DNA of 64,000 nucleotides from contig MCFH01000004.1 in assembly GCA_002104945.1 (NCBI GenBank), positions 186,001-250,000 of the forward strand, in the 5' to 3' direction. Below are positions 1 to 14,692 of this stretch, one piece after another (position 1 is the first letter of the stretch; each line of letters begins with the position of its first letter). The notes under the pieces were generated by a model. That model did not search any database and was not told the origin of the DNA. It was given only the letters and a program-made list of their open reading frames with translations. The DNA comes from Piromyces finnis finn. Lineage: Eukaryota; Fungi; Neocallimastigomycota. The position numbers and the translations under genes are program-made.

Positions 1-3000
1 GGTTGTTTTGATTTAGCATTGTTTCTTTATCCGAAATAAATGCGTTATTAGACGATGATAAATGTGAAAGCTGAATATCTTCATTTCTATTATTTTCTTC
101 CTTTTCATATTGGTTTTCTTCTTCATTAATAGGTGTATCAATAATTTCATTTTCTCTATTATATTTAATAGGTGTTAAATAGCATACATTTGAATTGTTT
201 GATCCCGGTAAAGGTGTTGGTGAAATTAAATGTTTTTGTTGAGAATATTCGATTTCCATTGAATCTCCATCAATAACAATAGGATCAATGAGAATACTTT
301 TTTTATCTTTTCTTATACTATTTTCATTATCAGATTCATCTTCACTGCTACTACTATCTAAGTTTATAATTCTTGGGTATTTAGTAGTAGGAGTGAGGGG
401 TATCGATCTCATAGTTTGAATAGCATTATTCAAAAAACTTGTATCCATTAATCCTGAATCATTTAATCTTTTGTTTGGTGAATAATCCTTATTATTAGTA
501 TTACTGACATGATATTCATCATTGTTGTTTGTAACTTCAATTTCATTTCGTACCTTTTCTGTCAAAACAATACCATATTTTTCTGTTTTATCTTCTTGGG
601 TTTTTTCTTCCATTTTTTCTTCTTTTGCTTCAACCTCTTCATCACTATTGATTTCGTTATTTTGAGTAAGGTGAATACTTTGATCTGATATCTCTATTGC
701 GCTATTGTTACTACAAAATGATAAATCTCTAATTTCTTTAAAGAGCCTCTCATTGTTATATGCATACTCTTGCTTCTTTTTATTTTCTTTTTTCCCAGTA
801 ACATTAATTACTAATGATTTATTAGATAATAAATTAATATTATTTTGTTCTTGATTCTTATACTCAATGTCACCACTAATTAATTTTCCATTTGTATTCT
901 TGGAATTCTCAAACTCTATAATCGGATTATTATTATTAATACTTTTATCCTTACTTTCACCGTTACATACTTTATCATTTTTATTATTGTTGTTACCTTC
1001 ATCTTCATCTTTGTTATTATCATTCATTTCATTTGGAGATATGATCATATTATGTTCTCGTTGGGTGATATTTTTATCACTACCATTATTACTATTATTA
1101 TTACTATTATTATCACTTTTAATATCACCATTATTATTATTAATATTAACTGAATTTGATGAAGCTGTTATTGGTTCCTCTATTGGTAAACATTTATTTG
1201 ATAAAGATTTACTTGGTATTAATGTTGAAATGGAAGGATCAAAACCAATACTTAATTTATCTTTAGATTCTAAACTTTGATGATTTTCTGGGTTTTCAAA
1301 TATATATGATATTGATGACTCTGATAATGGTGATATATCACTTTTATCACTTATAGTTTTATCCATTAATTTATAACTTGCGTTTTTACAATCATTATCA
1401 TTTTCAACTTCCATATTAAATAACTCAAAATCTGCTGATGTGGGACATATTTTTGGTTTATTAATAAACACTTCACTATTATGTTCAAATAATATACTAT
1501 TTGAGATTGATGCATCAGTTAAATCCATAATATTTTTAATATCATTATTAGCTATTAAATTTGATTTGTCAGAAGAATCCTTTACAACCTTAATATTATC
1601 AGCATTGATTGTATTATCATCTTTATTCAAAATTTCTTTATCCTTTTCATTTGAAAATCCTGAAGCTCTTGTTAAAGCAAAAGTATCTTCCATAAAGCCA
1701 ATAATATAACCACCAAAAGACATCTTGTTAATAATATGTTTTGTGTATGAGTGATCTTTAAGCTTTTTTAGATAATAAACTTTATAATAATGTTTGCCAT
1801 TTTCTAATAAATACATAATAGTAATTATAATAATATAAAATATAAAATATATATATGTGTACCTATGTAAGTAAATTAAAACTCATAAAAAATAAAATAA
1901 AAAAATTTTTTATCTAAATTTAGTTATCTATAAATTATATTATTACCATATTTTGTAAATGCTTGTTCTTTGTCATATACAGCTTCATCTTCATCATTAA
2001 GATAGAAATACTTAAAAGATGTTTGATTATCTATACTTTCTTTTCCTTTATCTTTTCCACTTTTTGAAAGAAATGGTTTAGTTACTGTTTTAAACATAAC
2101 AGATTCTTTGGAAGAAGTGGTTTTATTAACATTATTTGTTTTTTTAGTATTTAAATTAAAATAGCTATCAAGTGGCTTTGAGGAATTTAATTCTGAATGT
2201 GATTTTGTTTGAAAAAGTGGATTATGACGACTTAAATAATCCATAGATTTCCCGTTAGTTTTAACAAAAGAATATTTTTCATTGAATACATTTAAACGAC
2301 TATATTTAGAATTTGAATTTCCCCGAACTTCAAAATCATCATCATCGTTAATAAGATATCTTGTTGCAATAGGTAGTTTACTTTGGAAATAAATACCTTT
2401 TTTAGCAGTAGTAGTAGTAGAAGTAGAAGTAGAAGTGGAAGTAGAGTTTTTACTTGAATCTAAAACGAAGTTTGTATTTTTATTAAAAAGTTGTTTCAAG
2501 GATTGTCTTGTTTCACTAATTAAAAAATTACTTTTATTAATCAAATTTCGAGATAAGTCCTTTTCAGATTCTTTAAATAATAAATTACTTTCTTCAATTT
2601 TTTGATTTATTAATGACAAATTTTTTGCAATTTCATTTAATAAATATATTTGATTTAAATCAGTAACTTTTCCCACAAGATCTTTTGATGAACCAAGAAT
2701 TTTATTATCATTATTATTGTTGTTATTGTTGTTGCTGTTGTTGTTATTATTATCATTATTATCATTATCATTGTCACTTTCATTTTTTTTATTATTACTT
2801 TTATTATTGTTATCTTTAGATGCACTATTAATCAATGGATTTTCCTCTTTTTCTTCTTCTTCCTTTTCTTTTTCTTTGTTATTTATAGACTGAATTCGAT
2901 CAGGACTTACAATTTCACTTGTATTTGGTGGTGGACCAAGTTTTTCCATGGCGTCAACCAATCGTTTCGCTAATTCTACACCTTCATCAGTTAAATAATA

Positions 3001-4059
3001 TTTTGGGGGTGATCCTACCTTACCAACCAATTCACGTCGTGTTAATTCCGACATTGAACTCCATGCTGTAAAATGTGTTCCGTTTAAAGGAACAGTAAAT
3101 GAACTTGAACAATATTGTTGCCCATGTCTTATAATTTCAGCTTTAGTTAAAAATGGTTCTAACATTGATTCATTCATTGAACTATTTGATGTGCATTCAT
3201 AAAGAGATATTAAAATAGCATATGAACCTGATCGATAAGCTGGTACATATTCCTTTTTTTTCTTTACTATTATTTAATTAATTGGTACGAATGGTATATA
3301 GAAATTCAATTCAATAAATTATATATATATTAATATTAAATTAAAAAAAAATAAAAATTCAAAATTTAAAATTTTAAAATTATTTCCATATAAAGATATA
3401 CACTAAAATCACCTATGAATTTCATTAATTTTTTTTAATTTTTTCATTATAATATTAAATCTCATAATAAGATAAATAAGATTTTAACTATTTACCTTTT
3501 CTTTTGGGTTTATCTGTTGCATCTTTTTTAGTTTTTGATTTCTTTTCATTAGTAATATTAATTTCAGAATTTTCAACAATAATATGGCCTGTTTTTGTTT
3601 GATATTCCAATAACTGTCTTTTGAATTTTCCCAATATAAATGCACCAATACCTTTTAATTTACTTATATCTTCAATTGTTTTTACATCTTCTTCTTTACT
3701 CTTTTTTACTGAATCAAGTGCCTTTATATATATCCAATTAATGTATATTATCATATTATATATATTATTGTCAAACATTTTGCTTTTAAAATATTTTCCT
3801 TCCTAATATAATATATTAATAATTTTCTACTATTACCTTTGCATATGTAAAATATAATCGTGATAAACCATTACCAACTCTTTTCTTTTTTTCCAATTCT
3901 GACCATTCAGTTAACTGTTATACATTAATTATTTATTTAATAATAAAAAAAAAATTAATTTTAAAAATTAAATTAATTTATATATATCTATAAATATATA
4001 TTAAAATGTACCCAGATTTTTGCTAATGATAACAAAGTCGGTGGATTGGAAGATTCCAT
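1..4059 (-). CDS. MUS81: Crossover junction endonuclease MUS81, 5' part (gene continues beyond the window's left edge)
   Basis: Spliced model with GT-AG introns and consistent phases: 4059-4012, 3914-3837, 3721-3496, 3266-1947, 1803-<1. The N-terminal helix-hairpin-helix-like region reads TYAK|ALDSVKK...LKGIG. The winged-helix region reads KKEYVPAYRSGSYAILISL...LTKAEIIRHGQQYC...AWSSMSELTRRELV...YYLTDEGVELA. The ERCC4 nuclease domain is not reached within the window. Confidence 0.85.
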
Positions 4060-4106
4060 TAAAATTTCATTTTCCTTTTCTATAATATTCTCTGAGGTTA
4101 TCATTG

Positions 4107-4137
<31 letters not shown>

Positions 4138-4918
4138 CATAAGTCTATTATTTGAACTGTTAAATTTTAGTGTTGCTGTTGTTACTAGAGAAAAAAAAAA
4201 GTTTAAACTTTTGTCTTTTATTTTAAAATGTTATAATTTAACTTTTTAAATAATAATTCTTTAGTAATAAAATTGAAATTACATTTAAATAGCAATTATA
4301 TCATATCATATATAAATAATTTTTAATTCAACTCAATTGATTTTTAATAAAAAATAAAAATATGGTTAATATTCTTGATTTCTTATATATAATTAACTTT
4401 TAGGCTTTTTTTTATAGAATTGTTAATTATACTTTAAAAAATATATTATATATATTTAATACCATTATTATTATTTTATAAATAAAAAAAAAAAAAAAAG
4501 AAAAAAGAAAGAAAAAATACCAATATTTTGGTAATAAATAAGAAATTTTTAATATTTTCCGTTTTAAATTTCTTAAAAAAAAAAATAATAATTATAATAG
4601 TTTTAATTTTTAAATTGTAAAAAAGAAAAGCTTTACAAAAAAAAAATAAAAATAAAAATAAAAATTTTAAATGGTTATTTAACACTTTATTAAATTAATT
4701 TATCTCAAATTAATTAAATTGTATATTAACAATATACTTTATTATATATTTAAATCATTTTTTCAAATAAAATTTTCAAAAATTTTTATAAAACTTTATT
4801 ATTATTTAAATGATGATAAAAAATTAAAGTTTAGATAATTCCTTCTTTTATTATGTTGTTACAACAAAAATAAAAAAAAAAAAAAGGTAGTGCAAAAATA
4901 AGATATATAATAAATTTC

Positions 4919-7223
4919 TTATTTCATATTTTCTGGATATATAGAAAGAATTAATGGTACTTCAGTAAATCTAACCTTACATGAAGTATTATTTGTAATA
5001 TTTGCACTTGTAATTTCATTATAATTTAATAAATATTTATCAACCATTTCAAATTGAGGTTGGAATTCATAGGTAATATGAATTTCAATATTAGCAAAAT
5101 CTAAATAGAAAAAAAAAAACAGAGTATTAGTATTTTTAGTGTATAAAATGAATTTATATTTATCAATATTATTTTTGCATTTATCCTATTTAATAAATCT
5201 TTTATAGTTATAAACAAATCGTTCATACCTGACCAACCATTTTCTTCTAATACAATAAAAGAATTTAATTTATAACTGTAATGACCACAAGGAATAAAAT
5301 GATGAATTAATGGTTTATAAAAGTATTTGGCTTGATTTGGCATAATAACTTCAATTAAAATATTAGTAGGGTCAGTAATATTTATAATATTAGCATTAAT
5401 ATCAATACGATATGGCATTTCTGCTCCAAATTTAATATCTTTAGAATCTATTGTAGAAGCTATAGTAACTTTAGTTTTTTTTATATTATTGGTAATATCA
5501 AATGAGGGTAAAATATAAGATGCTATTGTTTTCTATAAAATTTTAAAAATATATATATTGTTAAAGATACTAATAGTAAGAAATGATTATTTATTAATTA
5601 AAATATATTTTATATAATAAACGTACCTCGACTGCTATCAAGAAAGAAATAATATCAATAAACTTATTCTTAATTAAATCATTAATAAGTGTTTCAATAT
5701 TAAATATTTTGATTTCCAATATATCATAATTATTTGTTTTTAACAAACTATTTTTATTTATATTAAAAAAATAAATGAGAAAAAAAAAAAAAAAGATTAA
5801 TAATATTAATAATAGACTATTATATATATATATTTATATATATTATAATTATTGCATACACTCTTAGCTTTTGTATTCTTTCAACGAATAGGTTTGCCAT
5901 ATTTGAAATTTCATTAGTGATTTTTCTTCAATATATATATATATATAATTAAAAAAAATAAATAAATAAAATTATAATCATTTTTATTTATATTATATTA
6001 ATAATTTTAATTTTTTTTTTTTTTTTTTTTAAATTCTATAAATACCCATTGGATGATTTCAAATACTGAGACATTAATAATAAATGAGAAAGTACTCTAA
6101 ATGCTTCTAATTGTGGATATAAGCAGGATTGAACACCTAAAAAAATATATTGCATTTGATAGGTTAATTGCATTAAAGTAGCTGCATACTCAATATTAGA
6201 TGCTTGCGTTTTATAACTTTTTAAAGCCTATATTTTTAGAACAAATTAAATATCATAATTATACATATTATTATATCCTTATCAGCCTTTTTATTTTATA
6301 TTGAAATTTTTAAATGAATATTTAAATTTATACCTGTATGACAATTTTACAACAAGATAAATAAAGAGAAACTAATTCTACTTTTTCACTTAAAGATGCT
6401 TTTGTATTTTTAATATAAGCTAATTTATTTTTAGAATCCGTAATAATATCAATTGCATGTTGATACTTTCCATTATCAACATGATTCTTAATGGATTGAC
6501 TAGATAAAATAACATCATTCATTAAATCATCAATCAATTGAGTACCTATGAAAATATAAAAGATAATATATAGTATTATTATAAAAAATATTAATATAAA
6601 ATATTTATTCATTTATTCGTTTTAAATATATATATGTATATATTCAAATATTTTATTTCTATATTATATGAATGTTAAAATAGTTTATATTACTTATATT
6701 GTCCTTAATTGTTGATGAAGTATATATATTATCTGGATACACTGCTTTTGGTATCTAGAATTATAAATAATATTTTTTTTTAAAAATATTAAATTTCAAT
6801 ATAAACTATAAGCCATCTATCTATTATTACTATTATATTTATTAATTTAGAGCATATTAATATAAAAAAATTACATTAAGAATTGGGAAACAATCTGGAT
6901 AAACATCTCTTAAATAATAATATTGCTTAAAGGTATACTCTGGTAATTGATAAAATATCTTTGATTTTATAGAAGCCGCATTATAAATTAAAATAATATG
7001 GCCAATATCTATAAAATACATAAAATAATAATATAAATTAATTATAAATAGTATTATTATTTTAATTTATATTATTTATAAATTAAATATAATAAGTAAA
7101 AGAAATATTAATATAATGAAAATTACGTATTGGATCATCTGAAACTTGCTCTTGTGGTAAAAATGGTTTTTCTAACTTTAAAAACATTGGAATTAAATTT
7201 TCTTATAGAATGAATAGTTAAAA

Positions 7224-7260
<37 letters not shown>

Positions 7261-7539
7261 TAATAATTCATAAATTTATTTATTTATTTAAATATATTAA
7301 ATATATAAATATTGGCAAATACCTATATAATTTGGATGTTTCAAACCAATATGTTTAAAGCAGCTATAGACAGATTTCTGATCTTCTTTATATTTAGTTA
7401 AATCGTTCATTAAAGCTTTAATTAATATTTTTACACAATCCGTATTTGCCATATATAATGCACTATAGAAAGGATAATAAAAGAAATAAAAATATTTTAT
7501 AGAATTTATAATTACTAAAATAAAAAAAAAAAAATATAC

Positions 7540-7570
<31 letters not shown>

Positions 7571-8157
7571 ATTTCTTACCTTAACATTTTATGCGCAGCA
7601 AAACGAGATATGCTGCTAGCATCTTGTAATGAACTTAAAACATTTTGAAGTTGATCTTGATTTAAATGAATGGCATGTTTTAAGGCAATTTTATGAAGAG
7701 TATGAATTGCTTGAAGACGAATTTCAAAAATTTCATCATTAAACATGTCTAACAATTATATATAAAATGTATATATTACTATTGTTATTCCATTATTTAA
7801 TTTATATTCTTGTTTGTTTATATATATATATATATTTAAAATAATATTATAATTACCAACTATGAATACAATAGCTTTCTGAGCAAATAGATGAGATTGT
7901 AATGACTGTTCACCAACAGAATCTGTATCATGATAAAATTAAATATTTGTTTTTAGTATTTAATGGTAATAAAGATTAATAATAAAACATTGTTTTAAAT
8001 ATTACCTAATGCAGCATTTCGAACTTCGCGGTATTCATCTTCTAATCCATGTACAAAAGCACCACAAGCACTAGCATCAGAAAGATAGATTTTTTCATTT
8101 TCCAAAAGTAAATCACCAGACGGAAGTTTTGTTTTCTTATTTAATTAAATATAGAAA

Positions 8158-8191
<34 letters not shown>

Positions 8192-10467
8192 ATATAAAAA
8201 ACATTATTAAATATTAATGTAAATAAATAATAGGTATAAGTAACATAGAAAAAATTAGATTATTTTACAAATCATACTAAAATTTTACCTTGGATGATCT
8301 GAAATTATTATTTCTCGAACTACTACTATTTTGATCCTGTTTCTTATATTTAAAATTACTTAAAATTTTTTTGTTTAGTGCTTGGAAAAGATAATTACTA
8401 TGAACATTTTTAAATGAGCCCAATATAGCACATGTCTATTAATAATAAAAATGTAATATAATGTAATATAAATAATAAATAATATTAATTATTAATAATA
8501 CATATACATCTAGAATATATATATATCAATTATTATAAAATCATATTTTTATATTTACTTTAGTTCTAACGGTTACAGAAGAATCATTAATCATATTACA
8601 AATCTTTATAAAAGCATCATTTACTAATAATCCATGATAGTTATAATATTCGGGAATAATTTTATAATCACTATTTTGTAATACTAAAAGCCTTTTTTTT
8701 TCAAAATAATAATAATAGCATGATAGTGATGAAATTTAATAGATAATAGATATTGGATTTATATTTGTTATTGATTATTTATAACAAAATTATAAATAAT
8801 ATATATATATATATATTTAATCATGACTTATTTATTTAGTCTTACCATATTGCATTCATCGCAGCAATTCTAACATCTTCATTGGTATCTTTTAATAATT
8901 TTTTTAATTGGCGATATAATGTAATATGAAGTTGAATATTGTTAGAGTGTAAATGGGTTAAAGTTAAAATAGCTGCTTTTCTAACATGTTCATCCTCATC
9001 TACCAAGAAATATTCAATAACTTTTTGCATATTTCTAATTGAGAAATGATTTTTTAAAAAAAATTTCTTTTCGTCATAAAGGCTACTATTTCTTTTCGTA
9101 TTATTGTCATTCGTGATATCACCACTTTCTGATTTTTTCATAAAAGTATTACTACTTCCCGATTTTGTATCTCTTTTAATTTTGTAATCAGAAAGTGAAT
9201 TAAGAGATGAGGTTGATGAGGAAGGTGATATTCTATCGCGATTTAAACCAGAATCAATTACTTGTGTATCCTCTTTTTGACTTTGAACAATATTATAAAT
9301 ATCTTTTAATAACATAAAATGACCTATTAATTGAATACAATAAGATGTAATATGTTTATTGCATAATTCAGCATGATATAAAATAGTAATTAAAAATTTA
9401 AATTGAATTGGTGTTGCAACATTTTCTAAACAATATCTTTTAACCTTTTTAATTATTCATCATATGTATGTTATTTTAATTTTTAATAATATAAAAGAAT
9501 ATGTTATTTCCAGAAATTTATAAAATAAATATTATGTATAATATAAAAAGTATAATATATAATATATAATATAGATAATTAATGACGACTTGTTTTCAAA
9601 ATACATACCTTCATAATATTTAATAAAGTATGGTATATTTTTCTTATTAAAATTTCATCATCATCATTTTTAAATAACACCTTCATATATAAAAGAGAAT
9701 TGAAATAGTAATAGTTAATTTTTACATTCAGATTCCAATTTTTAATTTGAATTACTATTTTTTGTTTTTACAAATTATATAAAATGAATTACATACAACA
9801 ATAATTGTTGAAAATATTGAATAGGCATTAATATATACTTCTTGTGACAATTTCTCAAGCAATTCAATTTGGTAAATCTTTTTTTTTTTTTTTAATTTTA
9901 TAGAAATTATATTCATTCCAATTATTTTAAATAGAATAATAAATAAATAAAGAATATTGGCATTGCTTCTTTTTAAATATTTCTTTAAAATATGTATTAT
10001 AAAAGAATTTTACCTTTATTTGATTATTTAATTCTTCTAAAACATATATTGAAACATCTTCAGCTAATGTGATTTTTTCATCTTTGGATAAATTAGAATA
10101 TTCTCGAACTAAATTCCAATAAGCCTTTTAACAAAGAAATAAATGTGAAAATAATATTTCATGATAATAAAAAAATAAATGAATTATATATTATTTATGA
10201 AATGAAAATTAATTGAATTAAAAAAATAAGTCTTCTTTTTTTATAAATATTTTATGTATTCATTTGAAGAGCTATGATTTATTTTTTATTAAATTTATTA
10301 ATAATATTAATATCTATATATTTTTTTTTATTGCTTACTGTTTTTCTTAATTCTAAATTATCATTTTTATAGTTATCAAATGCATTACTAATCAAATTAT
10401 CTAATGTTTTGGTACTATTTAAATTCATGGAAAATCCAGATAAACTTTGAGTAGGTGTAAATCCCAT
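4919..10467 (-). CDS. INTS4: Integrator complex subunit 4 (HEAT-repeat scaffold), multi-exon
   Basis: Exons translate to NDAFIKICNMINDSSVTVRTK, SACGAFVHGLEDEYREVRNAAL, DMFNDEIFEIRLQAIHTLHKI, LNQDQLQNVLSSLQD and DLTKYKEDQKSVYSCFKHIGLKHP. These are colinear with recalled metazoan INTS4 motifs (DDAFGKIC, GACGAFVHGLEDEMYEVR, DMFNDEIEEVRLQ, LREDQLDTVL, LTKYPTD). ATG at 10467; stop TAA at 4919-4921. Internal exon boundaries were only partly traced. Confidence 0.85.
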
Positions 10468-11329
10468 TATTGTAATTGAATTATATTACAGTTAAAATAA
10501 TTTAAAACTGACAAAAAAAAAACTTTAAAATATGGCCAATATATATAATAAAATATAAAAAATAAAAATAAAAATAAATTAAAAATCAAAGTTTTGACAA
10601 ATTTTAATTATAATTTTGTAAATTTCACAATTTTAAAATAAAATGAAATTTATTCCAATAATTTAAAACATATATTCTTTTTATTCGTCTTTTTTGTTTT
10701 TGTTTTCATTGTATATTTATAAAATAGAGAAATATATACTATTTTAAAAATATAGAAACTAGTAATAAATTTACTCTTTAAAAAAAAGTTTTGGAAAAAA
10801 TTAATTAATTTGGTATATTTATGAAATTTGATTCCAATTCTAAAATCTCAATTCATTATTTTTTTTTAACTTTAATTCATTTTGTTATTATATAAAAAAA
10901 AATGAGTTACTTTAGCTATTTTCTTTCCTTTTCTTTATTAAAAATTATATATATCTTTCATTAACATTAAACATAAATGTATTTCTTCTTATTAATGAAT
11001 TTTTGATATATATCCTAATGATGAAAAATAATTCTCAAAAGGTTATTATTAAAATTTAATTATATTAATATTTAAAATTTTAATTAATTTTTTAATAAAA
11101 TTTTTTGTTAAATTTCATGGATAAATTTCATGGATCACCTAAATATTTTATTATAAATAAAAACTAAATAAAAATGCATATATTTTTTAATTCTTTATCA
11201 TACTTTGTAGTTAACTTTTTTAATATTAAATTCTATTATTTATGTCATTTGTCTATTTTATATAAATCTAGAATAAGATTAGAATAATATAAAAAAAATT
11301 TTCAATGTTGCAAAAAAAAAAATACATCT

Positions 11330-12200
11330 TTATAAAGGTACTCACACCATAATGATTATCTTCATCTTTTCCTAAATTTGTCCATAATATACTCATTACA
11401 AATTAATAATATTTATATATTATTTAAGAAAAACTAATATATACAATAAAGATTATAATATTTATGATAAAAATTATATTTATATTCTCAATCCCTATCC
11501 TTTAAAAAATATATCTATCTCTATTAATCAGAAATTTTATTTTCAAAAATTTTGAACATTTAATTAACTAGCATTAACCAATAAATTTTCAATTAAAATT
11601 TTATATCCACAACTTCAAATTTAAAAATTTAAAAATCAATAAAAAAAAAACACTTATTATTACACAGTTAGTAAAGATTTTTTTTTTATGTTTAGTTTGT
11701 TCAATTTTTAAGTTCAATTTTATTATGGGCTGTTTGGATATTCATAAGATTGTTCTCCACTTTACTAATTGAAAAAATGTTTATTTTTCCTTAGTTAATG
11801 GAGAATTTTTGGAATTAAGATATGTATTCCAATATAAGAAATACATATATCCAATTATCTTGATAATTCTGCTATTTCTTAGTAACTATCATTTTTTAAT
11901 GTTGCTATAAAATTAAATTTCAAAGTTCCATTCTTTTAAATTCTATTATTAAAAAAAGGATACAACAATAATGATTAGTATAATTGGTAACATAAAAAAG
12001 GTCAATAAAAACATATATTAATATAAACTGAATTTTTAAATTATAAAACGTACTATTTTCATTATAAGCGAATGACAATATTTTTCATAAAAGGTTAACC
12101 TACAAGTTTCAAATTCTATTGGCTTTTTTTTTCCTTTTGTTTGCATTTTGCTCGGTCTTTTTCCTTTTCTTCTGTCCTTTTTCTACATAGGCGATAGTTA
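11330..12200 (-). mobile_element. Decayed Ty3/gypsy LTR-retrotransposon fragment (RNase H to integrase zinc-finger region)
   Basis: Broken minus-strand frames give PIEF, TFYEK, YTNH, LKEWNFEI, AELSR and then NHYGVST. This order matches the gypsy motifs PIAF, YEKE, YTDH, L.EFNF.I, ADALSR and GH.G..T. Many stops and frameshifts; motif spacings are imperfect. Confidence 0.4.
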
Positions 12201-14692
12201 AATTTTACTTCAAAAGTAAATAAAAAAGTTCCAAAAATTTATTTACTTTTTTTTCAGATTTCTTTTTTCTTATGAATCCTTATTAAATGATTCTTTTATC
12301 CAAACTACAGATTAAAATAAAAAAATTGTAGTCTTTTTTTATCCTTTTATACTTTTTTTTTTTTTTTTTCAATTTCAATACAAATTACAATAATCAATAT
12401 TTAATAAAAAAAACTTTTTTTTTGATACATGATCCTAACTTTATTTAATATAATTTTTTAAATTTTTTTTTAATCAATAAATAAATTCCAATAAAATGAT
12501 TGTATTCATTATAAAAAAAAAAAAAAAGTTTAGACATTTTTTATATATCTATTTATTTTGAATATATGTTTTTTAATTGAATTACTTTCTTTCTTCTATA
12601 TATATAAATATAATGAAAATAAATTTTGCTTATAAAACTTCCTTTTTTGTATTATTACTGTACTCTTATTAATTAAAGAATTACATTTTGGCAATTTCAT
12701 TTACATAAAAACTTAAATTTTCTATAACACAAACATTATCGTGAATAGAAAAAATGTTTATGGAAAACGATATTATTATTTATTATAGTATTACACACTA
12801 GTATAATAATTAAATAGTAATAATAAATATAATGAATAGTATAAATAATAAATGAATGCATTATAATTATTCAATTGAATAATATATAATATATGGACTA
12901 TCCATCGAACTATAAAACAATAACTTTTTTTTTTTTTTGTTATTCTAATTTTAATTCATATATTAATAAAACCAAAAATATATACCAAATTTATTAGATC
13001 TATTAGATTTCAATATATTTAAATATAATACACTAATAAAACATTATATAATTATAAAACATAAAAAAATTATTTTCTGTATACTTTTTTTTTCTCTCTC
13101 AATTTTATCAAAAAAAATAAGCCATTCATTTGATTTTGATTTGATACTGAACTACTTTTATCATAATGAATGCATATTATGTATTATGACTAATATTCTA
13201 TTTATATTTTAAAATAACAAAGAGAGATATAAATTAGAAACTAGTGATTGAAACACAGTAACAAAATGTTAGTCATAAAAAATAGACATTGGCTTTAGCC
13301 AGGATCAAAATAAAATTTTGTTAATATACTTCAATAAACTAATATTTGATTGAAGCTTTGTAATTAACTTGGTATATTATAAATATATTTTAATTTACTA
13401 TAATTTTTAGAAAAAATTTGAAATATAGATTAGAAATGGAAAAGTTGAAAGACTAAGAGCATTGAATTTTGTATTTTGTTTATACCTTTTAAAAAGATTT
13501 TTTTGGTGTTGCTTTTTTTTTTAAATAAAAAGTAATTAATGAAATAAATAAAGCAAATCATAAATGCTAAACAACTTTTTTTTTTTCTTCTTATCTTAAT
13601 AAAAGTTATTAATGTAAAAATGTAACACTTGATAAAAATTATAAAACAAATACAAATACAGAATTGAATTTTTAATAAATAAATAAAAAGGCTAATCAAC
13701 CTTAAAATGTTAAATTTAAATATAAAATAATAAAAAAAGAATAATAATAATTTTGTTTTACTTTGATTTTTATTTTAAATATTATATAACAAAATATTAA
13801 ATAATATTAGGCAATGTCTTTAAAAGTAATTCACTTTAACATCCTTTTTTACATTTTCTTTTTTTTTCATAAATTTCACTTTACCAAGTACAAAAAAATT
13901 AAATTTTTCTTTTTATATATATAATTTGTTTTAGAATCCAAACCTTAAAATTTTTTTAAAAACTTTTTTTTTTCTGTGTAAATGAAAAAAATGTAAACCA
14001 AAAACTTTTGCTTTGACACTAAAAAGTGTTTGGTTGTTGCTGTTGTTGTTGTTGTTTAACTATATTAAAATCTAAAAAAAAAAAAAAAAAAGAATTTAAA
14101 AAAAAAAAGAATTTTTAGGTAGAATCATAGCCCAATAAAAAAAAAAGTTACTTCTTTATTTATATATTCCACTAAAAAAAAAATTAATTTATTGGGGGAA
14201 AATAATAATAATAATAATAATCAAATAAAATTGTCAATTTTATAAATTTTTAATCGTTATGCACTTTTCATTATTTTATTCTTATTAAATAGTATTATTA
14301 CAAAATTATTTTTATTTCTATTTATCTTCTAACAATATCTTTTTATTTTTACTTTTACTTTCTTTAATTATTTTTTTACTTTTCTCTTTACCTTTTTTTT
14401 TTTGTTTTACTTTTTTTTCTTTTAATATAAAAATTATTTTGGGGAAAATTTTAATATAAAATATAATAAATTTAATTTAGAAATAATATTTTTTAAATTT
14501 TATTGTAATATATTGTAATATATGATTATTTATATTGATTTATTTAATAATGCAGTAAAATTTTTGTTGTGGTTTTTTTTATTAATTAAAAAAAATAGAT
14601 GGGTTAGGGTTAAAGTAAAAAATAGTTTAATTTTTATTTAATAAAAAGCTATTTATTATATAAAAAAAAAAAGAAATTTTTCTTCATATTTT

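Noticed and set aside
867-1709. + strand ORFs 867-1280 and 1440-1709 (also 3621-3806)
   Set aside because: Antisense shadows of MUS81 exons.
14590-14603. GGGTTAGGGTTA telomere-like motif
   Set aside because: Only two units; expected by chance.
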